From Leucoraja erinacea (lineage: Eukaryota), in NCBI RefSeq assembly GCF_028641065.1, contig NC_073405.1:17422001-17486000 (forward strand): a stretch of DNA of 64,000 nt, in the 5' to 3' direction. A model generated the notes under the pieces. The model was not told the DNA's origin and ran no database searches. It saw only the letters and a list, made by a program, of their open reading frames with translations. The position numbers and the translations under genes are program-made. Positions 23,770 through 36,860 of the stretch are shown one piece after another (the first letter of the stretch is position 1; each line of letters begins with the position of its first letter).

Positions 23770-26700
23770 AGCTCTATTTATAATATCAGTTCTATGGAGT
23801 GAAACAGAATTATTCACAGATGAAAAATAGAAACAAACACACAAAGGTCCCGACACAAAATGTCACCTATCCATGTTCTCCAGAGATCTTGCTTGACCTA
23901 TTGAGTTACTCCAGCACTTTGTGGGTTTTTTTGTAAACCAGCATCTGTAGAAAGGTCTCGACCCAAATCATCACCCATTCCTTCACTCCACAGATGCTGC
24001 CTGTCCCGCTGAGTTACTCCAGTGTCTATCTGCAGTTCCTTGTGTACTCAGTAACGTTGGCTGAACAAAAACTGAACAGTTAACTTCCATTTTCCATCGT
24101 CTCCATTTTTAACATTTTGCTGTGAGGATTCTGTTGTAAGGAGAAAATTTTAGACACTTTGTGTGGTTGACATCTACCAACAATGCGACTTAACTTGCAT
24201 CATTGTTCTCGGGGTTAAAGGATTCTACACAAATGAGAGAGTCATGGCTTTGGAAGCACTGGATCTGACAAAGGAAGGTGTTTGCTGGAGCCACGAGCTG
24301 CCATTTCATCTCCGTGACTGGACAGGGCAGAAACAAAGCAGGACACTAGGAAATAACTGCCATTACTAATAACTACCTTACTAACCGCTCCAAGTCAGGA
24401 GATGCTCAACTGGAATAGAGCTGCTCGCATTGGTGTCACTGTCTCAGCATCAGAGTTCAACATTGGAGGGTAAGAATCACAGACTCGCAGAATGGTTACA
24501 TCACGGAAAGGTGCCTTTCAGCTTGTTGACTCCAAACCACTCCTATGTAAGAGAAGTCCAGCATCCCAACCCCCAGTCCTCTCCCCACAGCCCTGCAGAT
24601 TCAGATACTGTACATGTCCAATTCCTTTCTGAACATTGCATTGATGCTCCACTGGTATTGCATTATATCGTGCTCTCTGTTGCACTGCTGCAAGTAAAAA
24701 TGTCATCATTCCATTTTGCGACATGTGACAATAAAAGTTCCTTCACTCTTCTTCTTCACAGTCACTCAGCACTCTCCAGATACATAAATGTTCTTAAAGT
24801 CACTTTTCCATTCCCTTTTATTCCATTCCCCCTGATTCTTTGCCCTCTACCGATGTAAACAGTCTCTTCCTTTCTACTCTGTCGATTCCTTATAAGCTTT
24901 TAAATACTACTGTGAGATTTCCATTATCTGAACAAGACAATCCACACAACCAAAGTCAATCACATTTTAGTTACATTTTAATTTCTCTGTCAAGCTTTAT
25001 TTGTCCTATCTGCCCATGGGAAAGTGGTAGTGACCTGTCTTCTGGAATGTTTACATTCCTACTGGTGAAGGTGCTCCAAGAGTGTGGGTGGATAGGGAGA
25101 TCCAGGATTTATACTCATTAACAATAAAGGTCTATCAATATAAATGTCCAATACAGGATGCTATTGAAGCTTAGAAGTGACCATACAACCGTGGTGGTAC
25201 AACCATGCATCTTCTGCCATGTGTTCTTGGTAGACAGTTTTGGACGTGTTATCGTTGTAACCTGGGGAAGTAACATGAGAGCATTTGTAGATTGGACACT
25301 GTGCCGATATTGTACTCCAGTGTTAGAAGTAATAAATCTTCAGGGTGGTGGTTAAGCAGCCATCCAATGGCTTGTCTTGTCTATGCCTTGTCTGAAACAG
25401 TGTTAAACATTAGGAATGTTGTTGGAGATGTGTTCATCTCGCTGGATGAAGAGTATTCCAATCAAGAGCACTTGACTTGGACCTTGTAAATGGTGAAAGT
25501 TTCTGCGGTATCGGGAGTTAGATCAATCAATTCAACATATGCTGCATTTGGCCTTTCTGTTCGTGGAGAATTCACAACTGGTCTAGTTGAATTTATGCTC
25601 AAGCTGATCCTCAGGAAATTGATCATGGTGGGGAAGAGGCTCAGAGATAATGATGGCATTGAATGCCAAAGGTAGGTGGTTAGACTTACACTTGTTAGAC
25701 ATGGTCATGGTCTGGCATTTCTATATTGTGGACATTACTTGCCACTTATCTGCCCATGTTTCAACATTGCCTAGATACACTGCATGCTGAAAGGCATTAA
25801 AGTCCCCAAATAGAGAACACCTGCCACCTCACCACTATCATTTCTTTTCCCATGGTTTTTTGATATGTTCCAGCGGGACTTCCATTGAGCCAATCCCATT
25901 GTATAAGACAGAAGAAAAACTGCTCACTACCAATCTGTTAGACTGGCATCAATACCTACAATCAAGGGTGTGAGATCAGGCCTCCTAGGAAATAATTACA
26001 TGATTAAGCAGAATCAACACAGATTTGTGAAAATCACACTTTACTGATCAATTGGATGTCTGAGGATGTATCTGGTAAAATAGATGAATATTATACCCTG
26101 GGATTGCTGAATAATTATGAACTCAATATGTATGAGTTCAACAGCCCAGAGCTCAACAGAAAACGCCAGTTTTGGCCGAACCAGTGTTTTCTCAAAGTTC
26201 CTATCATGACTTACTTACTGTTGCTCTGTCTCTGCTGATGAGGACCTGTGTCACCTTGACTTGTGCTTTTCATTAAAACATGCACATACACCTCTAGATA
26301 GCTCTGTTCTTGCACTGTTTTTATATTTGTACACTCTGCTTGGTATTGCACTTTCAGATTCCTTCTACCAAACAGTAACTCCCACCATTCTTCTTTGTTA
26401 ATTTATATATTGGACAAAGTCAACATAAGTTGATAGAATGTGACTTTCAGCAGCGGCTGAACCAGATAAGTGGCTAAGAGATTATTATCTCAGTGCAGAT
26501 AGGTTGGCAAAGTGGAGACCTGGATGTTGTTGTACGCCAGTTGCTGAAGGCAAGCAGTGAGGAGGCCAAGGAGGAGATTGTCCATCTCACCAAACCTTTG
26601 ACTCTCAATCGTGAGCGATTGTTGAATACCCTCCTCAAGTTTGGCTCCCAATGAAATACATTTCCAGTTTATGTTTATTCTGCAAATTTTCTACAACAGA

Positions 26701-29700
26701 ATCATTCGTTCTGAAAACCAGTGGTGAATGAAGGTGCCCAGCTGCACAAACATTTTTCTCAATGTTTCTTGCTGCATGTTGCATCAAATTGGGAGTGGAG
26801 ATGATGGGAATCATCTGGGAATGGAAAGCTAATGGGAAATTGTTAAACCTCTGGTAACAGCAATCCAGACAGAAAGTTAGCCAAACCTTAGTAGTCAAAC
26901 TCCTCATGGAGATGATGCTACTATGATGTGCCTTTCACCATTGCATTAAATGTGTCAGCACACATTTTGGGGGAAATAGTATTTGAAGACCAAGACTGTA
27001 GCACTGGCACAAACCCATGGTCTACCGGGGAACTGTAATTCCTGCTTCCTATCTGTTTCTGACAACTGAACTTGCTACACCAGGCATCACATGACACTGC
27101 AGAAGAACCGCCAACAGTATCTCCATGGAATCCATCAAATTCATTGTAGACACCAGTGATACAATGCCATTGTCCACTCCAAGATAAACATCACCCGTTC
27201 TGTGGCCCTAGTCATGTCTAGTTGCCTGTGTTGTGCAGGTTGATTTGTTCGCATACCCTTGTCCGTACTCTTGCAACACATAGACTATTATAAGTTCTGT
27301 CATGGGTAAGGCCACACGCAAACTGGAGGATCAGCTCCTCATATTGTAGTTTACAACCCGACAGTATGAAGTCAATTCAAATAATTTCCCCATCTAACCC
27401 TTCTCTCGTTTCTATGCCTCCTCTACCACCTGGGTATGCATCTAATTCTCCCTACATCTGCCCCACTCACCCTGCTCCACCCCTTCACTCATCTCCCATC
27501 CCCATGTCCCCATTTTCCTATTATCTGTCCCTCTTTCCCTTCCCCTCTGCCTCTTCCCTTCCATTTCACTCTCTCTGGCTTTATACGATAATGACGACAC
27601 AATCTTTTAACTTCTGAACTTCTGACAAGGTCTCACATGGCAGCAAAACAGTAAAATGCAGTGGGACCCATGGGTTGTGGCTCCTCGTCTGACTGATGAA
27701 GTAGAGGACAATGAAAGCTGAAGAAGTGGGGTGGGGTTGGGAAAAATACTGATAAGTCTGTGTCAGATGAGTGGTTGTGATTGGCAGATGGGTGGACTAA
27801 GTGACAAAGGCTGGAGACTAAAAGGGCACAAAAGCTTGTCAGTTACGGAGCGCAGAGGAAGGATGAAATATAAACCTCCTCTATTGCATTTGGAGCTCCT
27901 TATGTGGCCTCCTTTACATCAGTGAGACCAAGCATTTTGTAGACAACCATTTTGCCAAATACTTGCACTCTGTCCACCAAGGTCTGCTGGATCTCCCAGT
28001 TCCTGTCCTTTTAACTCACCTTCCCTTTCCCATACTGATCTTTCAGACCAGGAGGACCATGGACCTGATTTATAGGCATGTTCAAAGCCGTTTGAAGTAA
28101 TGCAACATCACCACTAACTCCAGGGACTCTATGGCCCATGAGCATTCAGGTCGAAATGGAGCATTCGGCTTTGAAACTTGTACTTGTTGAGGTCATGTGT
28201 CAGCAACACAGACAAACCTATCTGTGATGGAGGGAGTGGACCAGCTCACTAACTACACACCCTCATACTGAAGGGTCTGTGATTCCACGTTAACCTCATT
28301 GGCCAGTTCATGTGGAACAAAACTGGAATTCACCCTCCATCCCTAGGGATTGGCTAAGAAGATTCACACCACATTCACCCTTCCCTCATTCACCCTCCTC
28401 TCATTGCTCCCCTACCCTACCATGTATGGAGGAATATTTAGTCCTTCATTGCCCTTCATTAATTATACCCCATTGCCACTATATTACATGCTCTTTTTCA
28501 TCTTCTTTACAATGCTACTTTCCTAAGTTCATTCTCTGCCAAACCATCTTAAACCTCTCCTCTTTCTCCAGCTACACTATCCATGATGTGGCTCCTTCTA
28601 GGTCTTTGAGGAAGAATCGTGCAGGCCTTGGATGTGCCCATTCTGCAACTGGATCCTCCACTTCCTGACCCACAGCAATCAGTAAGGATGTCTGACAACT
28701 CCTACTCCACGGTATTTCTCAACACTGTTGCCCTGCAAGGCATTGTTCTCAGACACTTATTGTGCTCCCAATACACTCTCAACTGTGTGGCCAAATTCTG
28801 CTTTAACTTTGTTTACCGTTTGCAGATGATATCACAGTGCCACAACAATCAGATGGAGTAAAGGAAGGGCAGAGAGAGCAGGGTGCCACACAGATGCCCT
28901 GACCCATCTGCCACTTCTTTGTCTCTCTAGTGGTTTCCCGCTCCCCCACTGCCAGCACTCACTTTAGGTGGAGGATGACCACCTCCTGAAACCTGCTGCA
29001 CATGAAACAATCGGCCTTGGGATCAAGGTCCATTTGGGCATGGACTGTTGGTGCTCGAGCTCCAAACGCAGAGCTTGAGCTGATCTAACTGGCATCACTT
29101 CCTGTATCTGAGCTTCCAGGAATCAGGAAGCATTGTAAGTTCCCAGGCCCCACTGTTTGCCCATTTCTATGACTTAGAGATTCCCTCCCATGAGAGAGTC
29201 CCTCTCAATGAATAAAGAATTCAATCAAAACACTATGACTATTCAATGGACCTTTGCCCAACTTCAACCAAACAAACGTATTTAATTCCCTGGGTCTTTG
29301 TTGAAGACAATTGGTTGTGTAACTCACTGGGACCCTGTCTCCTGCTCTATGTTTACACAAAGTATTTCACTAGACCCTGGGACTGATCAAGCTTTAATTT
29401 TCCACATTCTTGGAATACGGATGCCACTGGCAAAGCCAGTTGTTGCCATTCCAGTGGTGCCTGGACACATTAATGGCTGAGGCCCTTCTATTGGTGGTTG
29501 TAGACAACTGACTGGGTTGCTGGGAAACTTCTGAGGCAGGCTGTGGGACTGGAAACATTCACAGGGAAGCATGGAAGTTAATGAGTCTTCTGGTGTTTCA
29601 GGTCATCAACAATTCATTGTGACTGAGACCATTTTCCATCCTCACGCTTAGATTGCATACGTAGGTTTAGGGATTCCTTAAATGATACAGCATTGAAACA

Positions 29701-30858
29701 GGTCATTTGGCACACGTTGTCCATTCCAACCAGGATGCCAATCACAAATAATCCAATTTCCCGGCATTTGACACACCTGTAAACCATTCCTATCCATGCA
29801 CTCTAAATGCTTGCTCCTCTGACAGCTCATTCCATATACCCATCCCCTTTGTGTGAAAAACCTGACCCATAGCACATCTTCAAACGATGCCCTCTTGTAT
29901 TAGACTGTGACTATCTACCTTATCTATACCCCGCACACTTTATAAGCTTCTAGAAAGGTCACCTCTAGCCTTCCTCCACTCAAGGGACTAAAGGTTCAAG
30001 CCTTTACAATCTCTCCTTATGAATCAAACCGTCCAAACTAAGCTTGTGCACCTGATCTGAACTGTTTCTAGATCCAACATATATTCTTTGAGCATGGCAG
30101 GAACTGAGCACAATATGCCAAGTGCAGCCTAAACAAGGGCCCCTCGGTCCTGCAACACTGTCTGAGTCAAATATATTTTTCCCATTCATTTTCCTACTTT
30201 CCCAGTTAAAGTTTGGTTGCAAACGTAGACAGTATTTTCCACGTGTCCACTATACCCCAATTCTTGCGTCATATACAGATTTAATAATCATGCCACCTTC
30301 ATTCTCATCCAAATCATGAATATATGTGACAAGCAACATTGGCCCTAACACCAGTCCCTGTGGCACCACTGGTCACAGACGAACTTGAGAAACAATGCTC
30401 TACTATCACCCTCTCTGTCTTACCACCAAGCCAATGTTGGATTCTCAATTGTAGCGGTGGGTTTCAACTTAAAGTCTAAATTAGTACGAAAAAACAAACT
30501 GACTGAGGAATTCCGGGTTTAAAGAATCATCTGTGGAGGAAATTACACAGACCGCGTTTTGGGCCAAGATTGAAGTAGGGTCCCGACCGCACATCTCCAA
30601 CCCCTCGTGCCTGAAGCCTGCACTGTCCCACCGTGTTGTGTATTGAGGTGCGAGGAGCATCTCTGGACTGAGGGATGAAGTGTTGCAACCACTGACTCGG
30701 GGGAATGGTTGGAGAAGGTGGGGGATATCAGACAACAAACGACCTGTTCATTCACGGGTTGTGTTTAACAGAGCAGTCAGTGGCTGACATTGTCACCGCA
30801 TCAACCCGACCATGTCTGATGGCGTGTCTGATGGCGAATAGGAGGGTTTCAGATGTGA

Positions 30859-30907
30859 CCCGCCCTGATTTGCACGGATTTCCGTCCTGTGGCAATGGCT
30901 CTATAAG
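30859..30907 (+). promoter_or_regulatory. V2 promoter: GC box, octamer variant ATTTGCAC, TATAAG
   Basis: ATTTGCAC at 30868-30875, TATAAG at 30902-30907, ATG at 30986. Confidence 0.75.
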
Positions 30908-30985
30908 TGGGTTCCATCGGCAGCGGCGTCCACAGTCTCACAAATACAGCGGCTGGAGTGAGGCAGGAAACTGAGAGCAGCAACC

Positions 30986-31031
30986 ATGAAAACGCTGTGC
31001 TTTTTGTCGTCTCTGGTACTGTGGCTGGGCT
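30986..31031 (+). CDS. IgL cluster 2 leader exon (MKTLCFLSSLVLWLG)
   Basis: Kozak context ACCATG; 46 nt, phase 1; GTAAGT donor; 89-bp intron. Confidence 0.93.
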
Positions 31032-31120
31032 GTAAGTACAGGTGGCAAATGTGCGGGCAGTGATGTGGGCTCTTGGGGGTTACATTAAATAGTTAAAATT
31101 GAATTCCTTCTACTTTACAG

Positions 31121-31444
31121 CCGGAGAGTGTCAGACTCTGACTCAACCTGCGACCGTGTCGGTGAATCCAGGGGTCACGGCCACGCTGGAATGCAACATC
31201 GGGACAGATGATAACCAATATGTTTATTGGTACAAGCAGACGTTGGGAACAACTCCTCAATGGGTTCTCCGGTATCATCAGTCAGAGGCCGCCCCGACCT
31301 ATGGGTCTGGGTTCAGCAGCGACCGTTTCACATCGAAAGCCAACGGCGCCGGCACCGTTTACCAGTTGATCATAAGCAAGGCGGAGGTGAATGACGCTGC
31401 CGTCTATTACTGTATGAAGTGGGTTTCAGCGAGCAGTATTTACG
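31121..31444 (+). CDS. IgL sigma-type V segment, cluster 2 (germline, unjoined)
   Basis: Open 324-nt exon, paralog of V1, with intact C/W/YYC motifs. Confidence 0.93.
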
Positions 31445-31472
31445 CACAGTGAGAAAGGGTCGAACAAAAACT
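31445..31472 (+). promoter_or_regulatory. V2 RSS, 12-bp spacer
   Basis: CACAGTG-AGAAAGGGTCGA-ACAAAAACT. Confidence 0.95.
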
Positions 31473-31787
31473 GGAGGCAACAAATATGATGCACTTTACA
31501 TCTTTGAAACGATGAAAACATTCTAATCTTTCATTCTTCACAAAGTCGCTTTAATTTTATCCTTTATACAGTATTTCCCAATTTTAATATATCATTTTTT
31601 TTGAAGAATCGTTGTCCCACCGCCTACTGCCGGGATTCGATGCCGTTTAATGTCAAGCCTGGCGATGCGGCTGTGAGTTCATCCCTTCCCCACCCACACC
31701 GGCAGGGACACTCGGGATGTGTGAAGTCGACTTTCATGCAGAAACTGGAGCGTCTGCCCGTGTTTTCTGTCTGATTCCAGGGCCCGG

Positions 31788-31825
31788 GATAACTGTCAGG
31801 GCTGAAGCCGGAACCACACACTGTG
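31788..31825 (+). promoter_or_regulatory. J2 RSS (perfect heptamer, degenerate nonamer)
   Basis: GATAACTGT + 22 nt + CACTGTG; identical to J1. Confidence 0.7.
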
Positions 31826-31863
31826 GGGGGTGTTCGGCCCAGGGACCAAGCTCTTTGTTACAG
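31826..31863 (+). CDS. IgL J segment, cluster 2 (GVFGPGTKLFVT)
   Basis: FGxG motif and GTAAGT donor. Confidence 0.95.
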
Positions 31864-31929
31864 GTAAGTGTCTGGGAAATCATCCCGCAATTACTAACCG
31901 CGAGAATACGGTCAGTTGGCAGCTAATAT

Positions 31930-32295
31930 TTCAACCTTTATTATTATCTGGCTAATTTTATCGAGAATTTTTATTTTGCAATCCATTTGAGTTCAGTGTC
32001 CAGCACCAGTTCCAATAAATATAGTTGTGTTCAGTGAATTGTTACTGTATTTTAATGACCACATTCTCTACTTCGTGAAGCGTGTTTGTTATTTCAAAAA
32101 GGTGCACTTTAACCTTTATTATTTCCTGGCTAATTTCACAGAGAGGATGTTAATTTTTCAATTAATGTGAGTTCTGTGCCCAGCGCCAATTCAACTAAAT
32201 GTTGTTGTGTTTAGATATTTTTGTCACTGTCTTTGATTGACCACACTTCTCTTTTTCGTGAAGTTTGTTTGATTCAAAAAGGTGCACTCTCCGTG
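31930..32295. repeat. ~180-bp diverged tandem duplication in the cluster 2 J-C intron
   Basis: AACCTTTATTATT...AAAAGGTGCACT occurs twice here and once in cluster 1. Confidence 0.85.
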
Positions 32296-32299
32296 AATC

Positions 32300-32582
32300 G
32301 GTTTTGAACCAAAAAATATTTAATCAATTATTTACAATAATATTTACAGTACGAAATCAATCAAAACAAAATCCACCGCCATAATTCAAGGCAAACAAAT
32401 ATACTAAATACTATACTATACAACTTTAGTACAATCCTTATTGAGAATGACTTCCACCCCACGCAGAGCCCAACATTCCCGGAAATCCCCCAGGGCGCCC
32501 GTGGACAGCGCGTAATCCCTCTCAAGTATCACCCGGGTGCGGCGGTAACCCCAGAAAAGGGGCAGGCTGCCGGCTCGGGCAT
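32300..32582 (-). mobile_element. 5'-truncated Tx1-like non-LTR retrotransposon 3' end
   Basis: LPLFWGY..RVILERDYALSTGALGDFRECW resembles Tx1 ORF2 C-termini, followed by a T-rich UTR; absent from the cluster 1 intron. Confidence 0.7.
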
Positions 32583-33398
32583 TAATCATTCTCTTTGTGG
32601 TGCAGTTGCTCTGTCTCTGCATGTGCTTGTGAAAATTGTCTGCCTGAGACTAACTTCATCTCTGAGTTTGCGCGGTGTTACTCCCGTTAGTTTATCCGCT
32701 TTGTGCCGGTTTGATCCAAGTGAACTTGAGGGGTCCCAGCTGCCTAAAGTGGAGCCCGGTGTCACAGTGGGGAGAGGACATTGGCGACTGGAGACAGCCC
32801 GGGGTAGTTGAGGCAGTGGAACTATACGTTTCACTATTGCATGAGGATCCCACAGCGGAATCTCCCCCGGAATTTCACGGAACCTCTAATCCTCCCGGTG
32901 ACGACGGAACTCTCCCGCAGACACCCGCCCAATAAAGGCACCTCTCCGTTCCCCAGTCCAACCCAGCGGCATGAACTAGGGCAAAGTCTCCGCGCATCCC
33001 ACCTCTCCGCATCTCCTCCATCAAAAGTCGGATAATCAGCTCCACAGTTCGCAACGATATATCCCTCCCGGGATCTCACCGTCCCTCGCCAACAAACAGA
33101 GCCACCCTGTGTGCTGGTCTTTTCTTGCTTCCAGTTCATTCCCCGATACATTCAGCCTAAAGAAGGGCCCCGACCTGAAACCTCCTGTTCTAGCATTTTG
33201 TGTCCATCTTTCCTAAAACAGGAACTTGGCCTCACATCTCTAGTTCCCCGGAGTTGATCCATGCGACGACCTCCATGGGCACCGCTCCGTCCCTCAGTGA
33301 GACTCGGGTCCCCACTAGAGGAAGCTGCAACTGTCAAACGCTGAGATGACCGAGCTCTTCCGTCACCTGAAACATGTCTTCTCTTGTTCCAATTGCAG

Positions 33399-33721
33399 CT
33401 TCGCAGCTCCCAGACCCTTCAGTGAAACTGCTGGGGCCGTCAGACGAGGAGATGTCCGCTAAAGGAGCGGGCACCTTAGTTTGCCTGGTCAGTAAACTGT
33501 CCGCGGGCTTCCCCGCCGTCAGCTGGACAGTGGACGGGAGTCCGCCGAGCAGTGAGGTGCAAACCAGCGCGGTGAGGCGGGACACGGACAACACCTTCAG
33601 TCTCAGCAGCTACCTGGCGGTGCTCGGCGCAGACTGGAGCAGTGGGAAGTTGTACTCCTGCACAGTTCAGCAAGGAACAGCCTCGAAAATATCCGCCACA
33701 ATCACACAATCCAGCTGTTAA
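33399..33721 (+). CDS. IgL constant exon, cluster 2
   Basis: 323-nt exon with one amino-acid difference from C1 (QQGTAS vs QQGAAS). Confidence 0.95.
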
Positions 33722-34071
33722 AGTGAGTGAGCGCGGCTCCGGGCGTGTTTGCTCCCGGATTACCGGGAGATCACTGCCTCTCATCTTCCTCCCACTGTGT
33801 GCGCCCGCTGTTCTCTGTATTACCTGCTTCCGATCCGCTTTCTCCTGTTTCCACCGTGTTATTGAAACATTTGTACTCGTGTTTATTGTTGTTCTGTTTC
33901 TCCCACCTCTAGGCGACACGGGTTAAAGTGGTCAGTAACTTGGCTTCATCAGCAATTTCAACATGAATTGTTTTCTCTGGCAACAGGCATGGATCTGACT
34001 AATAGAAATAATATATGTTTGTAATTTTTCATCAGTATCAGACTGACGGTCTGCAACGACGTCAAACTACC

Positions 34072-34077
34072 AATAAA
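34072..34077 (+). terminator. polyadenylation signal, IgL cluster 2
   Basis: AATAAA followed by GT-rich sequence; mirrors 5184-5189. Confidence 0.7.
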
Positions 34078-34570
34078 GATGATCAATGTTGGAATTATTT
34101 CCCTGTGTGTGTCGTTAACTTGGAATCTCTTCCCAATCTGACACTGGGTGGGAGGAGGGAGGAGACTCGTCTCTCTGTTCCGGTTCGTGTCCTTTGTTCC
34201 GTGAAGTGAGAGGAAAGCGCTCCTTCGCGGCAGCCTTGGACATGGGATATCAGGGAAGACCGGGTGGAAGTTCCATTGCTGGGATACTGTAAAGAATGAC
34301 AAGTGAAGGGCTGGGGGTATTCAGGTGGTCAGACAGTATCGACAGAGAGCGTTTAAGTAGAAGTTACATTGCGGGCCATTGAACAGAACAGACCACTTCT
34401 GACACAAACTGGAAGGACTGGTTGTCTGAAATGGGAGAGTTGTAGACTGGATCGAAGCGTTGATACCCGAATTTGTGTTGGTGACCGGGTATAGGAGTCT
34501 AGGGACAGACTGGCCGGAGAGGGAGAGGGGAGGAGAAATGAGTGAGTCGTTCGCTGTGGGGTGGGGGTGT

Positions 34571-34604
<34 letters not shown>

Positions 34605-35770
34605 CCCAGTTGTCGAGGCTGTAGCGTCTGGTGTGGGCTGGTGGGTGACAGGGCGTGGGCGGGGATTGGTTTCTCATCAGTTCATCAACACTTCTCAGGT
34701 GCAGAATCCTCACCCTCCCTAACTTCTCCCCCTCCCCACCCGCCAGATCCCTCCGGCACCTCTACCTCCCCCCTCCCCAACCACATTGCACGTCGGTGGA
34801 CGGGGTTAAGTCTAGGAATTCAAAGGTTTCAAATATATTTTATTGTCACGTGCACCAATTAAGGTACAGTGATAGTCGTATTACCATACAGCCATACTAA
34901 AAAGCAACAATACACACAACTACATAAAAGTTGACATAACATCCACCACAACGGATTTCCCACATTCGACTGAACTGTGAGTCCACCATCCATGAGTGAC
35001 TGAACTGTGAGTCCAAGAATCTATTCGGCTCACAATGTCCATACTAGCCTTCTGGAAACCAGTCCCTTTGGCCCACAACACCATTCATCGCCAGCAAGCA
35101 CCCCCACCCCCACTGGTCACCAATATTGGAATTGGTGGAGAGGTGCAATATTGCGTTTGGGGACTAGCCATCCCGTGGGAGAATGGGACCCAACCAGTCT
35201 TGGTCTCACGAGGGTTGCCCATGGAAGAAAGAGGACGGTGTGAAATGGGAGCGGGAACAACTGAATCTGAACCTGGCAGTCCTGGCAGCCGCCGTGACCC
35301 CAACACCAGACGCCGCTCCGCACGGGTCATTGTCTCCCCCACCGCCTGGCCCACGCCACCTTCACTCACCCCCCCCCCCACCCCCCCCCCCCCCCCCCCC
35401 GCTGGGCCCACGCCACCTCCCCATTGGGCCCATGCCACCCCCGCCGGGCCCACGCCTTACTTCCCCCCACCGCAGGCCCTCTCCTCTCCCCCCCAGCCGC
35501 GGGCCTCCCCCTCTCCCCACGATGCGGGCCCACTCCTTGGGTTTAGACTCTGTTGCATGCTGCGAGGGGCAAGAAGAGTGTTTAATTGTATATGCACCAA
35601 AAAACGCTACAATGAAATCATTACCTGCCGCAGAACAACAAGTCTGCAAGAACAGTATTCATAGATAATACAATATCCATTCATATAACAATGATCTATT
35701 CACAGCTAGATCTATTCATAGATAACACAATAAACAAAAAACAGTAATACCTTAATAAACATTATTTTGA

Positions 35771-36068
35771 GCGGCACAGTGGTGCAACGATAGAGTTGCA
35801 CCCTCACAGCGCCAAAGACCCGGGTTTGATCCTGATTACGGGTGCTGTCTGTGTGGAGTTTGTACGTTGTCCCTGGGACCGCATGGATTTTATCCGAGTG
35901 CTCTGGTTTCCTCCCACACTCCAAAGACTTGTAGGTTAATTGTCTTCAGTAAGTTGTAAAATTGTCCCTAGTGTGTAGGATAGTGCTAGTGCATGGGGTG
36001 ATCGCTGGTCGGCACGGACTCGGTGGGCCGAAGGGCCAGTTTCCGCCCTGTATCTCTAAAGTCTAAAA
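35771..36068 (+). mobile_element. tRNA-derived V-SINE
   Basis: Same family as 998-1301. Confidence 0.85.
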
Positions 36069-36459
36069 AGCCCCAAAGTCCTTAGTGTAACCAAGACGGT
36101 TCGTTGTTCTTAGTTTAGTTAGTGTTTGTAGTGTTCAAGAGGTCGATGGCTGTTGGGTAGGAGCTGAAGAAGGTCTCGACACAAAATGTCATTCCTTCTC
36201 TCCAGAGGTGCTGCCTGTCCCGCTGAGATACTCCAGCATTTTATGTCTACCTTCGAATTTTAAAAAACCCAGCATCTGCAGTTCTTTCCTACAGAGCTTA
36301 TTTAGTTTAGTTTATACAACGAGGGATCAGGCCCTTCAGCCCACCAAGTCAGCACCGACCAGCGACCCCTGCACACTACCATTATCCCACACACACTAGG
36401 AACAATTTACAATTATACCAATCCAATTAACCTACGTCTTTGAAATGTAGGAGGAAATT

Positions 36460-36860
36460 GGGGGGAGAGAGGAGAGAGAGATGGGGGGGGGGGGGGGGGG
36501 AGAGGCCGGGGGAGAGAGGAGGGGGGAGAGGAGGGGGGAGAGAGGAGGTGGGGAGAGGGAGAGGGGGTGAGAGGAGGGCGGGAAGAAGAGAAGAGAGGGG
36601 AGAGGAGGGAGAGGAGAGGGAGAGGAGGGGGGAGAGGGGGCGGGGTATGTAGGAGGGGGGGGGGGGGGGTGGAGCGGGGGGGGGGGAAGAGAGGAGGGGG
36701 GAGAGGAGGGCGGGAAGAAGAGATGGGGAGAGGAGGGAGGGGGGAGGGGGAGAGGGGGGGGGAGGGGAGGGGTGGAGGGGTTATGAAGGGGAGGGAGGGG
36801 AGGGGGGGGGGGGGGGGAGGGGGGGGGGGAGGGGGGGGGGGAGCAGCGGGGGAGGAGGGC
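36460..36860. repeat. Polypurine (G/A) low-complexity tract
   Basis: Read directly from the sequence. Confidence 0.95.
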
